64,000 bases of DNA. It comes from Chloroflexota bacterium. GTDB taxonomy: Bacteria; Chloroflexota; Limnocylindria; Limnocylindrales; CSP1-4. The stretch lies in the NCBI GenBank assembly GCA_003171255.1, contig PMYK01000023.1:113945-177944 (forward strand). Reading direction: 5' to 3'. The position numbers were made by a program, and so were the translations under genes. The notes beneath the pieces are model-generated. The model saw nothing but the letters and a program-made list of their open reading frames with translations. It made no database searches and had not been told where the DNA came from. Positions 57,466-64,000 of this stretch are shown in pieces (the first letter of the stretch is position 1; each line of letters opens with the position of its first letter).

Positions 57466-58716
57466 CTACAGCAGTTCCCCGACCGGGGCCAGCTCGAACT
57501 CCGCGACCGCGTAGCCGGCAGGCTCGCCTCGGGGATCAAGAGCCACGGGGCGGTGATACCGACCCAGCGCCCGCAACGCCGCGGGGTCGAGCGCCCCGAC
57601 CTGCCGGAGCGTCTCCACCGACGCGGCCGAGGCGGCCCGATCGTAGCCGCCGCCGTCCTCGATCTTGAGCGCAACCCCAGAGGCAGTGGCACGACCCTCG
57701 CCCGCGAGGACCGCGAAACCCCGCAGACCCTCGGCCCCACCCTTGGCCAGGATGCGGCCCGGTGCGGCCTTCATAACCGACGTGTCGAGCCTGTTGCGGC
57801 TGCCCGCCACCATCTCGGGGTTGGCCATCATGGCGTCGCGGATGCGGACGAGGGCCTCGGCCAGACTCGAGCGAGGATCGGAGGCGGGTACGGCAGCCGG
57901 ATCGGCCAGCATGGCGAACGCCCGGGCCACCTCGTGGAGGGGAAAGGCGTAGGTCGGTACGCCGCAGCCATCGACCGAGAGGACGAGCATTTCGGGCGTG
58001 GTGGTGAAGACGCGCGCGATCGTCGCCTCGAGCAGACGCTGGACCGGATGGTCGAGCAGCCAGTACTCCTCGAGCGGCCAGCCATTCATCCGGCAGAGCA
58101 GCAGCATCGACGCGTGCTGGCCCGAGCACATGTGTCGAACGGAACCGGGCTTCTCGCCATCTCGCGCTAGCCGGGTCGCGGTCAAGACGTCGAGGGGCGC
58201 TCCCTCAGAGCCACAAGCGAGGTACTGCTGCGACACGTTGGCTCTGCGGAAGATGGCCTGCAGCGTCCTGACGTGGAGGTCCTCGCCGGAATGGGATCCG
58301 GCCATGATGGCAAGCTCGGCGTCCGAGATTTCGAACTCCCCCACCCCGCCCGCCTCGACGAAGGCCACAAGGGTGAATGGCTTAGCCGCGGACCGGAGGT
58401 TGACGAGGGTGTCCGGGTCGCCCAGAGCTCGACGGACAGAACCGTCGGTGCCGACTTCGACGATCGACCCGCGATGCCGGCTCTCGGACACGCCGCCCCG
58501 CAGCTGACGGACCAGGACGGGTGGCGTCCGAGACGGCTCGAGGGCACGGGCGGGCGGCCTGGGGCCTCGCACGTTCTTGACGCCCGCCGATCGGCCTGGG
58601 ATCGAAGCCGGCCGGCCCGCGGGAACCGCGTGCTTCGAAGCGGCGGGCTTGGACGCTGGCGCCGGCCGACCTGGATCTCTCGCGGGGTTCGACCCGGGGC
58701 GCGACGGCGGCATCAT
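57466..58716 (-). CDS. Asparaginase II family protein (PF06089-like), with a Pro-rich N-terminal extension; start uncertain
   Basis: Core RGGVSESRHRGSIVEV ... RSAAKPF ... GSHSGE matches the asparaginase-II-type family; ATG 58716 chosen so as not to overlap the next gene; the ORF track extends to 58908. Confidence 0.55.
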   Translation of the reverse strand: MMPPSRPGSNPARDPGRPAPASKPAASKHAVPAGRPASIPGRSAGVKNVRGPRPPARALEPSRTPPVLVRQLRGGVSESRHRGSIVEVGTDGSVRRALGDPDTLVNLRSAAKPFTLVAFVEAGGVGEFEISDAELAIMAGSHSGEDLHVRTLQAIFRRANVSQQYLACGSEGAPLDVLTATRLARDGEKPGSVRHMCSGQHASMLLLCRMNGWPLEEYWLLDHPVQRLLEATIARVFTTTPEMLVLSVDGCGVPTYAFPLHEVARAFAMLADPAAVPASDPRSSLAEALVRIRDAMMANPEMVAGSRNRLDTSVMKAAPGRILAKGGAEGLRGFAVLAGEGRATASGVALKIEDGGGYDRAASAASVETLRQVGALDPAALRALGRYHRPVALDPRGEPAGYAVAEFELAPVGELL

Positions 58717-58849
58717 CCCTCCGAAAACTTGGCCCGGACAGGGGCGGCCATGGAGTTCATCCGCCAGTCCGGGGAGCCCTCCGAGGATACTCCGACGGGC
58801 GCCGAACTGGTGCGGCACGACCGCCTCGAGGGCGTACGGCGCGTCCCGA

Positions 58850-59938
58850 TCAGGCGACCGGCCCCGTCGTCTCCACGGTGTGGCCTTCGGTGGCGGTCGA
58901 ATCTCCATCGGCCGGCTCGCCCAGGCTAGTGTCGGTCGCGATGGCGGTCTGGTCCGCGGCGGTCTTCTGGGCGACGACTAGAGCGGCCTTCTCCGACCGT
59001 GCCTCGAGGCGCGCGACTCGACGCCGGCCCAGCGCGGCCCGAGTGCGGCGGAGTGCAGTCGCGGTCGGCGGCCCGTACAAGGCCACCATTGCCACCAACG
59101 CAAGTACCGCCTGGTCGGCCACGAATGGACCAAGGACGTGGGCGTCGCGCCATGTGAACGCAGCAACGAACCTCACGATTGCCCACAGGCCGAGAACGGT
59201 CAGGTAGCGCCGGCCACCGGCAAGGAGCGCCCAGTCGCGCCGCGGCGCGAGGGCGGGCCGGGCGAACGACCGCCAGCGCCGCACTCTGAGCCGGAGCAGC
59301 GAGGGCGCAGCGAGAACGAGGACCGCCAGTGCGAGTATGAGCACGCCTTCGACGGCCTGGGACGGCAGCGCCGGGAAGCTCGGGTTGATGCTGCCCCACG
59401 GTCCCGTCTGAACGTAGCTGGTCGCCCATGACGCGTCCGAGTAGCTGCCCTGCCCGGTACCGCCGAGGATCATGGTCAACTTGCCGAGGCCGAGCCCCAG
59501 AAGGACCGGGACGCTGGCGACACTCAGCCACCGCCCGACGGGCGCGGCGAGCAGTCGGGCCACGGCCACGGCGGTCAGCGTCCCCAGTACGACTCCAAGG
59601 GTCAGGCCCAAGCTGCCCTGTCCGGGGTCGGTAATCGCACCCGGATTGGCGGAGTAGTAGTCGAAGTGGAGCAGCCCGTAGCCGAGTCGTCCGCCGACGA
59701 CGGCCCCGGGCACGGCCCCGAAGGCAATGAGTACCAGGTCATCGCGCCGCAGCCTCGGCCCGGCGGCATCGACTGCTCCTTCCGGCCCGGCCGGGGCGCC
59801 GCGCGACCTGCCCGCGCTCAGCGCCGCGAGCACCAGCACGAAGAAGATGACGCCGGCGAGGGCGAGCGTCTCCAAGCGCATCGACAGCCCGAAGACGGTC
59901 GTCGATGGGTCGAAGTCGAGACGAATGGCGGCGGGCAC
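58850..59938 (-). CDS. Prolipoprotein diacylglyceryl transferase-like paralog (divergent Lgt family member with a long C-terminal Ala/Arg-rich extension)
   Basis: Lgt-like blocks FDPSTTVFG, GGRLGYGLLHFDYY, GLGLGKL, but the signature HPSQLYE reads ALPSQAVE (conserved Tyr missing) and no counterpart of the conserved His was found. Confidence 0.45.
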   Translation of the reverse strand: MPAAIRLDFDPSTTVFGLSMRLETLALAGVIFFVLVLAALSAGRSRGAPAGPEGAVDAAGPRLRRDDLVLIAFGAVPGAVVGGRLGYGLLHFDYYSANPGAITDPGQGSLGLTLGVVLGTLTAVAVARLLAAPVGRWLSVASVPVLLGLGLGKLTMILGGTGQGSYSDASWATSYVQTGPWGSINPSFPALPSQAVEGVLILALAVLVLAAPSLLRLRVRRWRSFARPALAPRRDWALLAGGRRYLTVLGLWAIVRFVAAFTWRDAHVLGPFVADQAVLALVAMVALYGPPTATALRRTRAALGRRRVARLEARSEKAALVVAQKTAADQTAIATDTSLGEPADGDSTATEGHTVETTGPVA

Positions 59939-59975
59939 CGATCGAGTTTACCGATACCTGGCCGTCGGGGTCGGG

Positions 59976-60015
59976 CGACACTCGAAATGTCGGCTGGCCG
60001 ACACTTCGAGTGTCG
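59976..60015. repeat. Near-perfect 40-bp palindrome (19-bp arms, 1 mismatch, 2-bp spacer) between mdh and the lgt-like gene, plus an adjacent third half-copy
   Basis: CGACACTCGAAATGTCGGC tg GCCGACACTTCGAGTGTCG, then ACACTCGG at about 60021. Confidence 0.35.
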
Positions 60016-60312
60016 GGTAGACACTCGGTCGGACCAGCCGATACGTGGCTTCATACAGATGTCGGAGAAAGCCCGGTACAATACCAGGCAATCTCCGAAT
60101 CAAGTGGGGGGAGATCGCCCGATGTGCGGCAACGGGCCGCCACCGAGGGGGATCGGACGGGCGAAATGCGCTGGTCCCGTAGTCCGCGGGGGACGGGGCC
60201 AGCGTCATTTGGGTCGACTGGCCCAGGGAAGCTCCGGCAGGACGGGACCGCCGGGGCTTTCCTGTGTGCCGGCCTTCCGGACCTGGGGCGGCGGGTACGG
60301 CCCGGAAGTAGT

Positions 60313-63280
<2,968 letters not shown>

Positions 63281-63586
63281 GTTGTCTCCTAGCTGTCCCC
63301 GGGCTGATGGCCCGCCTCACGCAGCGAAGCCACTCGAGGCTCGGGGCAGCGGGACCGGCGGGGCGACGGTTCTGTCTAGAGTTGCGTCGGTATTCGGGGA
63401 TGTCCGAATTGTACGGATCAGCAGGGGTGTCGCGCAAACGGGGCCGTTCAGCGACCGCCCGAGGCGCTCGCGACGGGCTGCCCGATCGACCACCGCGCTA
63501 CCCTGCCCAAAGGGGCGGTAGGCGTCGGGGATAGGATTCGATCGCTTCAGAAGCGCCGGCGCTCTTCGTCTTACGAGTTGGCGAGG

Positions 63587-64000
63587 CTAGGTTGTCGGGT
63601 CCGGATCTGCGAAGTCGGCGGGTTCGGCGAGTCCGGCGGGTTCGGCGAGTCCGGCGGGTTCGGCGGGCTCAGGCGCCGCTTCGGTCGTGCCCCCACCGGC
63701 GCTCTCCGGATGACTGCGTACCCACCAGTGGCGGACCAGGATGGCGACGATGGCCGCGACCGCGGCCCCAATCCCCACGAGCTGGGCCATCGGGAGGCCG
63801 AAGAGGGTCCAATCGTAGCCGCTGCGGAACAGCTCGAGTCCGCTCCGCTCCAGCCCGTACCAGACGAAGTAGAGCAGGCCAACGTCTCCGGCGATGAGCA
63901 GGCGGCCACGCGCGGTGAAGCGACGCCACAGGTAGAGCATCACGAAGATGCCGATCAGGCTGAGCACCGACTCATAGAAGAAGAGCGGGATGAAGTGGGC
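63587..64000 (-). CDS. lgt: Prolipoprotein diacylglyceryl transferase, C-terminal part (gene continues beyond the window edge)
   Basis: Canonical Lgt signature FIPLFFYES at the window edge followed by LYLWRRF ... YFVWYGLERSGLELFR; C-terminal tail with PAGLAE repeats. Confidence 0.7.
   Translation of the reverse strand, partial: AHFIPLFFYESVLSLIGIFVMLYLWRRFTARGRLLIAGDVGLLYFVWYGLERSGLELFRSGYDWTLFGLPMAQLVGIGAAVAAIVAILVRHWWVRSHPESAGGGTTEAAPEPAEPAGLAEPAGLAEPADFADPDPTT
63613..63666. repeat. 18-nt tandem repeat (about three copies) inside the lgt 3' end, encoding EPAGLA repeats
   Basis: tccggcgggttcggcgag repeated at 63613, 63631 and (partial) 63649. Confidence 0.4.

Noticed and set aside
60060-60100. 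RNase P RNA-like GGAGAAAGCCCGG in the mdh/lgt intergenic region
   Set aside because: Does not match the P4 consensus (AGGAAAGUCCGG) and flanking conserved helices are absent.
63613-63666. Short direct repeats that could be mistaken for a CRISPR-like array
   Set aside because: Only three 18-nt units with no spacers, lying in frame inside the lgt coding region (EPAGLA repeats).

Overview
High-GC (about 70%) chromosomal segment that looks actinobacterial, dense with conserved genes on both strands. The six-frame track holds many long spurious and antisense ORFs, as expected at this GC content; calls were made from protein-family signatures, Shine-Dalgarno (SD) placement, overlapping stop/start coupling and codon third-position GC. 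Supported content, in order:
- A coenzyme F420 module (C-terminal fragment of a possible cofD, then cofC, cofE, and an LLM-class F420-dependent oxidoreductase), an AlkA-like glycosylase, a LysM/M23 peptidase, trxB, an ABC exporter, OsmC, a family-39-like glycosyltransferase (GT39, PMT_2-type) and a CPBP protease.
- An arginine cluster argC-argJ-argB-argR-argG with argH about 12 kb away.
- A GAF sensor kinase with an OmpR-type regulator immediately upstream of cydABDC.
- Two tandem amt paralogs and a 27-codon hydrophobic small ORF, each preceded by the same roughly 65-bp promoter module.
- An MFS transporter, a degenerate ATP-dependent DNA-ligase-like protein, an XRE-membrane protein-ABC transporter operon and a P-type ATPase.
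- A DUF971/YbjQ pair, ppk1 with a CYTH-CHAD protein, crcB with DUF190, and a SixA-like phosphatase.
- A phosphate block (DUF47, pstSCAB, phoU, pit) sitting between a PhoR-like kinase and its probable regulator, then gltX, an asparaginase-II family gene, two lgt paralogs, mdh and pckG.
No rRNA, tRNA, CRISPR array or transposase was recognised. The most interesting signals:
- The thrice-repeated GlnR-box-like operator module and the small ORF it drives.
- cydD has no canonical start codon and runs in frame with cydB across a single TGA.
- A repeat-rich 500-bp leader upstream of cydA.
- A ligase homolog lacking the catalytic lysine.
- Several long perfect palindromes in promoter regions.
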